Part shown: one piece after another, positions 19,886 to 29,460 of the stretch
How the letters are laid out: every line of letters begins with the position of its first letter
Position numbering within the stretch: the first letter of the stretch is position 1
Source of the DNA: SAR324 cluster bacterium
GTDB taxonomy: Bacteria; SAR324; XYD2-FULL-50-16; JAERRU01
Direction of reading: 5' to 3'
NCBI GenBank assembly: GCA_016735295.1
Contig: JAERRU010000015.1
Location: 3,029-67,028 of the forward strand
Length of the DNA stretch: 64,000 bases
The notes under the pieces: generated by a model
The model's input: the letters and a program-made list of their open reading frames with translations, nothing else
Told to the model about the DNA's origin: nothing
Database searches by the model: none
Translations under genes and position numbers: made by a program

Positions 19886-20220
19886 TGAGTTTGGTGATTA
19901 GTTTGTTTTTATTATTGGGGTTTGTGTAATAAAATAATTCCCAATTGGGCTGGTCATACTTGCTTATCATATCCTTACCCAAATATGCTTACCCAAATAT
20001 CCTTACCCGAATATCATTACCAAGATTTTTTGTGGTGCTATAGATGAGCTATTGGAAAAGATTAATTTAGCTTGCGAAGAGTTGCATTCTTAATTAGTTT
20101 GGCGATTAGTTTGTTTTTATTGTTGGGATTTGTATAATAAAATAATTCCCAATTGGGCTGGTCGTACTTGCTTATCATATCCTTACCCAAATATCCTTGC
20201 CAAAATATAATAATTGTTGT
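19831..20220. repeat. Direct duplication with a 208-bp period, spanning both convergent stop codons, with a nested 14-bp tandem repeat
   Basis: TATAGATGAGCTATT...GAGTTGCATTCTT at 19831 and 20039; ATATCCTTACCCAA-like unit x4 at about 19969-20021. Confidence 0.95.
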
Positions 20221-22014
20221 TCCAAATTCTTTCAGAATTGGCTGAGCCATTTTTGCCGATTCTAAATTAAGTTGGCAAATCACCAGATCGGGCTTTATGC
20301 CTGCTAACTTGGTTTTGATATTTTGCCAATCTTTGCTAATATTTTTATAATTATATAGATATTGCGAGGAACTCACATTAGTTGAATGTTCTTCATGTTT
20401 GTTATTTTTCGGATTAGATATTTCGCTAAAGTTGGTGAAAAACTCTGTTTCATATCCTATCTGAAAAATATTGCCTGAAAATGCTTTTTTAATGGATTTA
20501 TCTTTATCACTAGCTAACTTTTTATTGATTTTACCAATAAAACTAACCGATTCTTGATCAATGCACTGGGCAGTAATATTTTTCAAAATTGGCTCCCAAA
20601 GATCTATCATCACACGTTGCAGAGCAAATTTTTCCAATTGTAAATATTCGCTACCGGTTATTTCGGTAATGTTAGCTAAACTACCTTCAGTCACCCCTTT
20701 ATTTTCGGCATTTAACAGCCAACGGCTAATGCGCTTGGCACAACTTTTACTGGTAATTATAACAGCTTTTTTACCAAATTTATGATATTTAGAAAAATCT
20801 AGCTTAGCTAAATCATCGATAGTTTTAATACGGTTTAAATCGAGCCATAGCACTCTAGAATTTTTCTTTATACCTTGATAAATTTCACTTAGCATATCCT
20901 CATCATAAGATAATAATAATATTTGTTGTGAGGAATTTTCATCACCATCTAAGCTAGTAAATTCGGTGGCTTTTGCTAGGCTATCTCGCAAATTTTTCAG
21001 ATTTAATTGCCTTTCTGCTATTACATATTTTTCTTGTAACGCTAATTTTTTAATTTTTTGCTTATTTTGTAATTCCAACAAATTATTATTAAAAGCAGTC
21101 ACTAATTCAGCCGGCTCCATGGCACGAAATTTAACTAACATTTTCGCTAAGGATTGATAGTTTTTTTTCTCGTCTGGCTGCTCATCTTGATTAAAAAGTT
21201 GATCGCCCAATTTTATCACGCTATCAAATAAATGATGATAATCCTGATAAGTTTGCTGATTAATAAAATAAGATTTAATCGTTCTAATCAGCAAAGGCTG
21301 CACCAATGGTTTTGCTAAAATATAAGGCTCAAGCTTAGCTGGTAATGTAGATTTATGCCAATGTTCATTAAGTAACCCATCGAGCCAGTTAGATGTGGTG
21401 ACAATTTTCAAGGATGGGGTTAGCCTTTTCACGCGATTTTCAGCCAATTTTTCCTTTTGTTGCTGACAAAATATTTGTCGTTTTTGAGCAAATAAATCTT
21501 CAGTTAACTGCTGCCAAGCCTGGGGATTATTTTTAAATTTCCCATCAAACAAGATATGCTCTATTTGACCTTCTTTAAATTTTAAATTTATCAAATTATC
21601 AAAAGAGTGCGATAGCTTATAATCCTGCTTTAAGCTTGCCTTTTCTAAAGATTTAGTTAGTTCGCCCAAATCAGCTGGTAGCTGCTTTACTTGAGTATTT
21701 TTTTCTGATGTAGGATGCAATCTAGCTAACAGGTGCAATATATTAAAATTTTGTTCCCAGCAGATTATGCTAATTTGTGGTAGATTACTTAAGTTCAACA
21801 AGGCTTTAAATTTCTTTAAGCCTAACTCTGAAAAGCAAGCTAATATCCAACAATGTTTATCGCCTAAATTTCGACAATAAAAGTCGGGCATTTGCCAGAA
21901 TCTATCACCTGGTTTTAAAATTTCTATTTTAGATTCTAAAAGCTTGGCCTCATATTTAAATACAGCAGTTAGATCATCTATCGTAGAGCTGTTGCTCAAA
22001 AGGATTAGTCTCAC
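20062..22014 (-). CDS. Hypothetical protein, 650 aa
   Basis: Long ORF, K/Q/L-rich and helical; no recognisable motif. Confidence 0.7.
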   Translation of the reverse strand: MRLILLSNSSTIDDLTAVFKYEAKLLESKIEILKPGDRFWQMPDFYCRNLGDKHCWILACFSELGLKKFKALLNLSNLPQISIICWEQNFNILHLLARLHPTSEKNTQVKQLPADLGELTKSLEKASLKQDYKLSHSFDNLINLKFKEGQIEHILFDGKFKNNPQAWQQLTEDLFAQKRQIFCQQQKEKLAENRVKRLTPSLKIVTTSNWLDGLLNEHWHKSTLPAKLEPYILAKPLVQPLLIRTIKSYFINQQTYQDYHHLFDSVIKLGDQLFNQDEQPDEKKNYQSLAKMLVKFRAMEPAELVTAFNNNLLELQNKQKIKKLALQEKYVIAERQLNLKNLRDSLAKATEFTSLDGDENSSQQILLLSYDEDMLSEIYQGIKKNSRVLWLDLNRIKTIDDLAKLDFSKYHKFGKKAVIITSKSCAKRISRWLLNAENKGVTEGSLANITEITGSEYLQLEKFALQRVMIDLWEPILKNITAQCIDQESVSFIGKINKKLASDKDKSIKKAFSGNIFQIGYETEFFTNFSEISNPKNNKHEEHSTNVSSSQYLYNYKNISKDWQNIKTKLAGIKPDLVICQLNLESAKMAQPILKEFGTTIIIFWQGYLGKDMISKYDQPNWELFYYTNPNNKNKLIAKLIKNATLRKLN

Positions 22015-22325
22015 CTTTTCATTATTTTATTAATCCTCAAAAAACTATTTTTTATGATAAAATTTTAATGAATTATCCGGTATAGTGCAAATTAAATCAA
22101 ATTAAAGCTTATTATTACAAAATAAGAACCGGTTTACCAAATCATTATTTTAATAATTTATTATTATGGCATTATTTATCTGTTAAGGTAACTTATCAAA
22201 TAAATAATTGCTCATAAATAAACTTGACTTATTTTTTAAAGTGCATTACCACTTAGGTTGCGTATTTGGATATATATTTAGAATATTTTTAAAAAGATAA
22301 CTTTAACCGCAAAAGAGGGTTTAAT

Positions 22326-22580
22326 ATGGGAAGCTTTAGCCTAGTCCACTGGGTAATATTCTTTTTAGTAGTGATAGTTCTGTTTGGTGCGAGCCGATTA
22401 CCTAAAATAGGTGAGGGGTTGGGCAAGGGAATCAGATCATTTCGTAAAGAAATCAAAGATATCACTGACGATGATGGTGACGATGACGACGATTTGGTGG
22501 GAAATGAAAAAATTAAAATTATCAAAAGAAAAGCCCATCCTGCTAAAAAATCGGCACGTAAAAGGGCAAAAAAGGTTTAG
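22326..22580 (+). CDS. tatA: Twin-arginine translocase TatA/E subunit
   Basis: MGSFSLVHWVIF...LFGASRLPKIGEGLGKGIRSFRKE. Confidence 0.93.
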   Translation: MGSFSLVHWVIFFLVVIVLFGASRLPKIGEGLGKGIRSFRKEIKDITDDDGDDDDDLVGNEKIKIIKRKAHPAKKSARKRAKKV

Positions 22581-22790
22581 CTAAAAGATATATTATAACC
22601 AAAAATATAATAAATTAAATCGCAGCTAGTGATTGTAGTATTATTTTTTTAACGATTGCTGGCCCTATTGCTCGATTAGCCATGACTTGCTTGCTTAGCT
22701 GGTTAAATTTTTTTTGATTATTATTTTAAAAAATATCAAAGCTTCTAATTGCTAATTCTTCTTCTATTTCTTCATGACTAAGCACAATAT

Positions 22791-22813
22791 TTATTATTAT
22801 TATTATTATTATT
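22791..22813. repeat. (TTA)n microsatellite upstream of ileS
   Basis: About 7-8 TTA units read directly. Confidence 0.85.
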
Positions 22814-22842
22814 TTCTGCTCGTCTTTTAACAACCAATCAAT

Positions 22843-25800
22843 ATGTTTAAAACTATAACTAGTAAAGTATCCTTTAGCGAATTAGAAGAAACGGTATTAG
22901 CCTTTTGGGAAAAAGAAGAAATATTCAAAAAATCTTTATCTAATAGAAAAGATGGTAAAATATTCTTCTTTTATGATGGCCCCCCCTTTGCCACTGGTTT
23001 GCCTCATTATGGGCATATGTTAGCTGGCACAATTAAAGATGTAATTCCACGCTATAAAACTATGACCGGCCATTATGTAGAAAGAAGATTTGGTTGGGAT
23101 TGCCATGGATTGCCCGTAGAATTTGAGGCGGAGAAGGAGTTAAAATTAAAGGGAAAGGTTGATATAGAAAAGTTAGGTATCGCTAATTTTAATGAATATT
23201 GCCGCAGCATAGTACTGCGTTATACCAAAGAATGGCGTTATTTAGTTTCTCGAATGGGGAGATGGGCTGATTTAGAAAATGACTATAAGACTATGGATAC
23301 AGATTTTATGGAAACCATTTGGTGGGTTTTCGACAATCTATATCGCAAAGGGCTAATATACTTAAGCAATAAAATAGTAGCCTATAGCCCTAGGCTAAGC
23401 ACGCCGATATCTAATTTTGAGGTAAACTTAGGCTACCGAATGACGACAGACCCTTCAGTCACTATAAAATTTAAGGTGCAAGGAGAAGATAGCACCTATC
23501 TATTAGCCTGGACAACTACCCCTTGGACATTAATATCTAACGCTTCTTTAACTGTAGGTAAGGATTTAGACTATAGTTTAGTGCAAATAGAAGATGAAAA
23601 ATATTACCTAGCAACTTCATCATTAAAAAGAGTATTAGCCAATTATGATTACCAAGAGATAAAGCAAGTAAAAGGAGCTAGTTTAGAATATCTCTCTTAC
23701 TGTCCATTATTTCCTTATTTCGAGGATTTGGCCAAAAAAGATGGCGATAATGATAGTAATAGTAATAATAATAAAGGGGCGTTTTTTGTTACTTTAGGAA
23801 ATTATGTAGATACAGAAACAGGCACAGGGATAGTGCATACTGCTCCATTTTTTGGGGAAGATGATTTTAATACCGGCAAGGTTTATTCTTTACCCTTGAT
23901 GATGCCTTTTGATGATGCCGGTTTTTTCACCAGCAAAGCCGGTCCTTATAAGGGATTATTTTTTAAAGATGCTGATAAGGTTATTATCAAGGATTTAATA
24001 AAACGAGGGCTAATGTTCAAAAATACAAAACTTGAACATAGCTATCCATTTTGTTGGCGAACAGACGCTCCTTTGATGTACCGAGCGGTGCCTAGCTGGT
24101 TTTTAAATGTAGAAAAAATAAAATCAAAACTATTAGAGCACAACCAAGACATCAATTGGCAGCCTGCTCACATAAAAAATGGCCGTATGGGAAAATGGCT
24201 GGAAAATGCTCGCGATTGGGCAATTAGCCGAAATCGTTTTTGGGGAACTACTATTCCCGTATGGGTTTGTCAAAATTGCCACGAGACCTTATCCTTTGGG
24301 AGCATCAAAGATTTAGAAAAAAAGAGTGGCCAAGTAATCAAGGATTTACATCGGCATTTTGTTGATGATATTGTGCTAGATTGTGATAAGTGCGAAGGTA
24401 AAATGAAACGCACTCCAGAAGTATTGGATTGTTGGTTTGAATCTGGCTCTATGCCTTATGGGCAAGAGCATTATCCATTTGAGAATCGACAAAAATTTGA
24501 AACTTCTTTTCCCGCTGATTTCATTAGTGAAGGATTAGATCAAACAAGGGGCTGGTTTTATACATTAATGGTGCTAAGTGCGGCTTTATTTGAAAAACCG
24601 GCATTCAAAAATTGTGTAGTTAGTGGGTTAGTGCTCGCAGAAAATGGGCAAAAGATGAGCAAGCGGCTCAAAAATTATCCACCACCAGGCAAGATAATTG
24701 ATAAATATGGAGCTGATACGATCAGGCTTTATATGCTCAATTCTGGTGCCATCAAGGCTGAGGAGCTTAAATTTTCAGAGCAGGGGCTAATAGAAATTTT
24801 ACGTGGCTATATGCTGCCTTTATGGAATGTGCTTAAATTTTTCACTACCTACGCCAATTTAGATGGATGGCAAGCGTCAAATAAAGAGGTTAGTAATGAA
24901 TTATCCAAGTTAGAAAATCCTTTAGATATTTGGATTATATCTCGCTTAGAATCTTTAATTGATCAGGTCACTACCGCTCTGGAGAGCTACAAATTGGGCG
25001 AGGCGATTGAGCCTATATTAAAATTTATCAATGAATTAACTAATTGGTATTTAAGAAGAAGTCGGCGCAGGTTTTGGAAAAGCGATATTTCTACCGATAA
25101 AAATCAGGCATATACCACCATCTATCACACCTTAATGACGCTCACCAAACTTTTAGCCCCCATTGTTCCTTTTTTAAGTGAAACTATTTACCAAGTATTA
25201 AAAACTAAGCAAGACCCGGCTAGTGTTCATTTTTGTGACTATCCGCACTTTGCAGTAAAGAGACAAAACATAAAATTAGAATCGGCAATGGCAGTGGCAA
25301 TAAAGGTTTGTCGATTAGGAAGGACGCTAAGAACAAGGCAAAATATAAAAATACGTCAAGCATTGCAATCATTAACAATAGTATCAACTGAGCCTGAAAT
25401 AGCAGAGTATTTACCTATTATTAAACCTTTCATTATAGAAGAATTAAATATTAAACAATTATTAATCGCTAAAAATGAAGTGGGGCTGGTAAATTATTCT
25501 GCTCGGCCTAATTTACCCGTATTAGGTAAAAAATATGCTAAATTAACCCCCTTAATAAAAGAGGCATTAGCTAAGGTTGCGTCTGCTGATTTAGCTAAAT
25601 TAGCCCAAAAAGAGGGCGTGCTCAATTTAACAATTAAAGGTGATAAAGGTTTAGTTAATGTGCCATTAGAGCTATCAGATATTTTATTAGATCGCTATGA
25701 AAAAGAGGGCTCTTTTAGCTTGAGTGAGCAAAATATGACTATTTTAATGGATTTTCACATCACAAAAGATTTAAAATATGAAGGATTAGGTCGTGAATTT

Positions 25801-26034
25801 TTAAATCGCATTCAAACTGCCAGAAAAGAATTGGATTTAGCGGTTGAAGATAAAATTAACGTTATTTTTTGGGCAAGCGATGATTTTCATGACGCAATAG
25901 TTAAGCATAGTAAATATATTATGGAAGAATCCTTATCGCAAAAATTAGAATTTAGTGAGCATAATCTAGATCGCTCACCCTTACTCGAAATTGATGATTA
26001 CAAATTAAAATTTTCTATTACAAAAGTTAAATAA
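22843..26034 (+). CDS. ileS: Isoleucine--tRNA ligase, IleRS2 type
   Basis: DGPPFATGLPHYGH, GWDCHGLP, WTTTPWTL and KMSKR motifs; long C-terminus lacking the IleRS1 zinc finger. Confidence 0.97.
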   Translation: MFKTITSKVSFSELEETVLAFWEKEEIFKKSLSNRKDGKIFFFYDGPPFATGLPHYGHMLAGTIKDVIPRYKTMTGHYVERRFGWDCHGLPVEFEAEKELKLKGKVDIEKLGIANFNEYCRSIVLRYTKEWRYLVSRMGRWADLENDYKTMDTDFMETIWWVFDNLYRKGLIYLSNKIVAYSPRLSTPISNFEVNLGYRMTTDPSVTIKFKVQGEDSTYLLAWTTTPWTLISNASLTVGKDLDYSLVQIEDEKYYLATSSLKRVLANYDYQEIKQVKGASLEYLSYCPLFPYFEDLAKKDGDNDSNSNNNKGAFFVTLGNYVDTETGTGIVHTAPFFGEDDFNTGKVYSLPLMMPFDDAGFFTSKAGPYKGLFFKDADKVIIKDLIKRGLMFKNTKLEHSYPFCWRTDAPLMYRAVPSWFLNVEKIKSKLLEHNQDINWQPAHIKNGRMGKWLENARDWAISRNRFWGTTIPVWVCQNCHETLSFGSIKDLEKKSGQVIKDLHRHFVDDIVLDCDKCEGKMKRTPEVLDCWFESGSMPYGQEHYPFENRQKFETSFPADFISEGLDQTRGWFYTLMVLSAALFEKPAFKNCVVSGLVLAENGQKMSKRLKNYPPPGKIIDKYGADTIRLYMLNSGAIKAEELKFSEQGLIEILRGYMLPLWNVLKFFTTYANLDGWQASNKEVSNELSKLENPLDIWIISRLESLIDQVTTALESYKLGEAIEPILKFINELTNWYLRRSRRRFWKSDISTDKNQAYTTIYHTLMTLTKLLAPIVPFLSETIYQVLKTKQDPASVHFCDYPHFAVKRQNIKLESAMAVAIKVCRLGRTLRTRQNIKIRQALQSLTIVSTEPEIAEYLPIIKPFIIEELNIKQLLIAKNEVGLVNYSARPNLPVLGKKYAKLTPLIKEALAKVASADLAKLAQKEGVLNLTIKGDKGLVNVPLELSDILLDRYEKEGSFSLSEQNMTILMDFHITKDLKYEGLGREFLNRIQTARKELDLAVEDKINVIFWASDDFHDAIVKHSKYIMEESLSQKLEFSEHNLDRSPLLEIDDYKLKFSITKVK

Positions 26035-26097
26035 ATGTTATATACATCTACTATTAAAAAAATATATCTACTAACTTTGATTAAAAATTAAAGCATA

Positions 26098-26400
26098 ATG
26101 AGTGAAATTAACATTTTATCATCAATTTTCGCTCAAATAAAAGCGAATAAGGATAAAAATCCTGCTAACTCTTATAGTGCGAGGCTGTATCAATCAAAAA
26201 AAGGAAAAAATAAAGTATTAGAAAAATTGGGCGAAGAAGCGGTAGAAACTATTATCGCCGCAAAAGATGGAAACAAAGAGCAGCTAATCAATGAAATGGC
26301 GGATTTATGGTTTCATTCGTTAGCCACATTGGCTATTCATGAAGTAGAATTGACTGATTTATTTGACGAATTACAACGCAGGCAAAAAGTTTATAAATAG
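26098..26400 (+). CDS. hisE: Phosphoribosyl-ATP pyrophosphatase
   Basis: SYSARL, KLGEEAVE and EMADLWFH motifs. Confidence 0.93.
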   Translation: MSEINILSSIFAQIKANKDKNPANSYSARLYQSKKGKNKVLEKLGEEAVETIIAAKDGNKEQLINEMADLWFHSLATLAIHEVELTDLFDELQRRQKVYK

Positions 26401-26452
26401 CCTAAAATAGTTAATCATTTACATATAAATTAATTAAAAATAGGCCTAAATA

Positions 26453-27637
26453 ATGATATCTAAAGAAGTTAAAGCTGATCTTAAAAAGGGTTCTTGGGTC
26501 AGACAAATGTTTGACCGAGGAGCTGAGCTTAAAAAACAATCGGGAGAAGATAAGGTTTTAGATTTTTCTTTAGGAAACCCTAGCATTGAGCCCCCCCAAG
26601 AATTTTTTAATGGAATTAAAGAATTGCTTGATGAGGCGGGTAAGGGCAAGCATAGATACATGCCTAATGCGGGTTTTAGTAATATTAGAGCGGCGGTGGC
26701 TAATCAAATGCAAAAGGTGCATAATTTAGAATTTAGCGATAAGCATGTGGTAATGACAGTGGGGGCTGGAGGAGGGCTTAACATTAGTTTAAAATCAATA
26801 TTGAATCCGCTAGATGTGGTGGTGGTGCTGGCTCCTTTTTTTATGGAATATGAGTTTTATGTAAAAAATCATGGCTGCATGATTAGGAAAGTGGATACAA
26901 ACGAAGAATTTATGCCTGATTTAGAGGCGTTAGAAGCCGCGATGAGTGATAAGGTGCGGGCAGTATTAGTTAATTCACCTAATAATCCTAGTGGGGCAGT
27001 TTATAGCCAAGAGGTGATGAATGGAATTGGAGACGTACTAAAGAGGGCTGAGAAAAAATATAACCGGACTATATATTTAGTGTCGGACGAGCCATATAGC
27101 AAAATTTTATATGACTTAGCCGAGCATGGTTCGGTTTTTAAGGCTCATGTGAATAGTATTATAGTTAGTTCACATTCTAAGGATTTTGGATTGGCGGGAG
27201 AGAGGATAGGCTATGTGGTGGTTAATCCTGAGATAAAAAATGGCGAAGAATTAATTGATGCTATAATATTTTGTAATAGAACTTTAGGATTTGTAAATGC
27301 ACCGGCTTTAATACAAAGAATATTACCTAGGCTGTATGCTAGTAAAGATAGCACTGCTGATTATTCCCCATTAAAAGAATTAGCGTGCAACATTTTGAGA
27401 GAAGCTAATTATGAATTTATTAAACCTAAGGGAACATTTTATATATTTCCTAAATCACCGTTAGCCAACGATTTAGAATTTGTTGATTTAGCATTTAAAA
27501 ATAATGTTTTATTGGTTCCTGGCACGGGATTTGGAAGATCTGGATATTTTAGGATGTCTTTTGCAGTTGAAGAAGATACACTACTTAAGGCAAAAGATGT
27601 ATTAAAGAACTTAGCCGATCAGGCGGCTGGTGGGTAG
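26453..27637 (+). CDS. PLP-dependent aminotransferase (aspartate aminotransferase-like)
   Basis: DFSLGNP, NSPNNPSG, SDEPY and SKDFGLAGERIG motifs. Confidence 0.9.
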   Translation: MISKEVKADLKKGSWVRQMFDRGAELKKQSGEDKVLDFSLGNPSIEPPQEFFNGIKELLDEAGKGKHRYMPNAGFSNIRAAVANQMQKVHNLEFSDKHVVMTVGAGGGLNISLKSILNPLDVVVVLAPFFMEYEFYVKNHGCMIRKVDTNEEFMPDLEALEAAMSDKVRAVLVNSPNNPSGAVYSQEVMNGIGDVLKRAEKKYNRTIYLVSDEPYSKILYDLAEHGSVFKAHVNSIIVSSHSKDFGLAGERIGYVVVNPEIKNGEELIDAIIFCNRTLGFVNAPALIQRILPRLYASKDSTADYSPLKELACNILREANYEFIKPKGTFYIFPKSPLANDLEFVDLAFKNNVLLVPGTGFGRSGYFRMSFAVEEDTLLKAKDVLKNLADQAAGG

Positions 27638-27654
27638 TATATTATTTATAAAAT

Positions 27655-28179
27655 ATGGGTAAAGATAGAGATAAAGATAAAGATAAAGAACTTACATCTA
27701 AAAATGAGATGAAACTTTCGCAAGAATTTTATAAAAAGGCGCAAGAATTATTTAAAGATTATCCCAAGCGGGTTCACGCTTTGTTGCCTTTATTGCATAT
27801 GATACAAAAAGAGCAAGGGCAAATTAGCGACCAGGCAATGGAAGAGGTTGCCGATTTAGTGGATGTAGCAATCACTCATGTGCAAGGAGTGGTAACTTTT
27901 TATACTATGTACTCCCTAAAAAAGCGTGCTCCTAATTATATAGGAGTGTGCACCAATTTATCTTGTTGGTTAAGGGGCTCAAAAGAGTTATCACAATCTT
28001 TACTTAAAATGATAGATGAAGAAAAAGACTTTAAAGGTAAATTTCATCTAGAAGAAACTGAGTGTTTAGGAGCTTGCGACCACGCTCCTGTGGCTTTATG
28101 CAATGAAAAATATATGGAAGACGCTAATTTAGATGATTTAAAAGATTGGTGTTTAGCTAAATGTAGCAAAGATAAATAG
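27655..28179 (+). CDS. nuoE: NADH-quinone oxidoreductase subunit E
   Basis: VVTFYTMY, CTNLSC and ECLGACDHAP 2Fe-2S motifs. Confidence 0.92.
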   Translation: MGKDRDKDKDKELTSKNEMKLSQEFYKKAQELFKDYPKRVHALLPLLHMIQKEQGQISDQAMEEVADLVDVAITHVQGVVTFYTMYSLKKRAPNYIGVCTNLSCWLRGSKELSQSLLKMIDEEKDFKGKFHLEETECLGACDHAPVALCNEKYMEDANLDDLKDWCLAKCSKDK

Positions 28180-28181
28180 TA

Positions 28182-29435
28182 ATGATTAAAGAAACATTAG
28201 TACTGTTAAAAAATATTCGTCAAGCCGGTTACAAAGGGACGATAGAAGAATATCAGCAAACGGGTGGCTATAGCGTTTGGAAAAAGGTATTAAAAGATCT
28301 CACCCCAGATGACGTAAAAAAGCAAGTTAAGGATTCTGGCTTAAGAGGTCGCGGTGGGGCAGGTTTTCCGACTGGTTTTAAGTGGGGATTTATGGCTGAT
28401 GTGAAGGGAAAACCAAATTATTTAGTATGCAATGCTGATGAAGGGGAGCCAGGCACGTTTAAAGATCGAGAGTTAATGATAAAAGATCCGCATCTTTTTT
28501 TGGAAGGTATGCTAATTAGTTGCTTTGCGGTTAAATGCAATACTGGATATATATATGTGCGTGGAGAATATTATGAAGCGATAAAAATTCTAAAAAGAGA
28601 GATAGCTCAGCTAAATAAGGCCAAATTTTTAGGAGATAATATTTTAGGTAGTGGTTATTCACTCAAATTGGTTGTCCATTCTGGAGCAGGGGCTTATATT
28701 TGTGGGGAAGAGACGGCTTTATTGGATTCTTTAGAAGGCAAACGGGGTTTACCCAGAGTTAAGCCTCCATTTCCTGCGGTTTCTGGGTTTAACGCTTGCC
28801 CCACATCAGTAAATAATGTAGAAACTTTGGCTAATGTGCCTTTTATTATGGAAAAAGGAGCCGAGGCATTCAAGGCCAATGGAACCATAAATAATGCAGG
28901 AACTAGGTTAATTAGCGTTAGCGGTTTGGTTAAACGCCCGGGAGTTTATGAAATTAAGATGGGGGTAAATTTAAAAGATATTATATATGATTTTGGGGGA
29001 GGGACTTTGCCTAATCGCACTTTAAAAGCGGTTATTCCAGGGGGTTCATCTTCACCTGTTCTTTTGGCTGATGAGATAGATATAGGATGTGATTTTGATT
29101 GTTTACAAAAAGCAAAGTCTATGTTAGGCTCAGCTGGGGTGGTGGTGTTAGATGATACTGTTGATATGCCAAGGCTTTTGCACCGATTGATAGAATTTTA
29201 CGCTCATGAATCTTGTGGGCAGTGCACACCTTGTCGAGAGGGATTAAATTGGATTAGGATATTGCTAAGAGATTTGTTAGCACGGCGTCTTGAGAAAAGT
29301 TGGGTAGATCAAATATATCGAATTGCGGGTAACATTACTGGTACTACTTTATGTGCTTTAGGCGATGCTGGGGCTATACCGGTGATGAGTTTTATAGATA
29401 AATTTCGCGAAGAATTTTTGGGTTACTGTAAATAA
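28182..29435 (+). CDS. nuoF: NADH-quinone oxidoreductase subunit F
   Basis: GLRGRGGAGFPTG, NADEGEPGTFKDR, GAGAYICGEETAL and ESCGQCTPCREG motifs. Confidence 0.96.
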   Translation: MIKETLVLLKNIRQAGYKGTIEEYQQTGGYSVWKKVLKDLTPDDVKKQVKDSGLRGRGGAGFPTGFKWGFMADVKGKPNYLVCNADEGEPGTFKDRELMIKDPHLFLEGMLISCFAVKCNTGYIYVRGEYYEAIKILKREIAQLNKAKFLGDNILGSGYSLKLVVHSGAGAYICGEETALLDSLEGKRGLPRVKPPFPAVSGFNACPTSVNNVETLANVPFIMEKGAEAFKANGTINNAGTRLISVSGLVKRPGVYEIKMGVNLKDIIYDFGGGTLPNRTLKAVIPGGSSSPVLLADEIDIGCDFDCLQKAKSMLGSAGVVVLDDTVDMPRLLHRLIEFYAHESCGQCTPCREGLNWIRILLRDLLARRLEKSWVDQIYRIAGNITGTTLCALGDAGAIPVMSFIDKFREEFLGYCK

Positions 29436-29460
29436 TAACAATCAAATTTATCAAGAGATA

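Noticed and set aside
22580..22843. T-box leader upstream of ileS
   Set aside because: No T-box consensus (AAGGTGGxACC-like) or terminator/antiterminator visible
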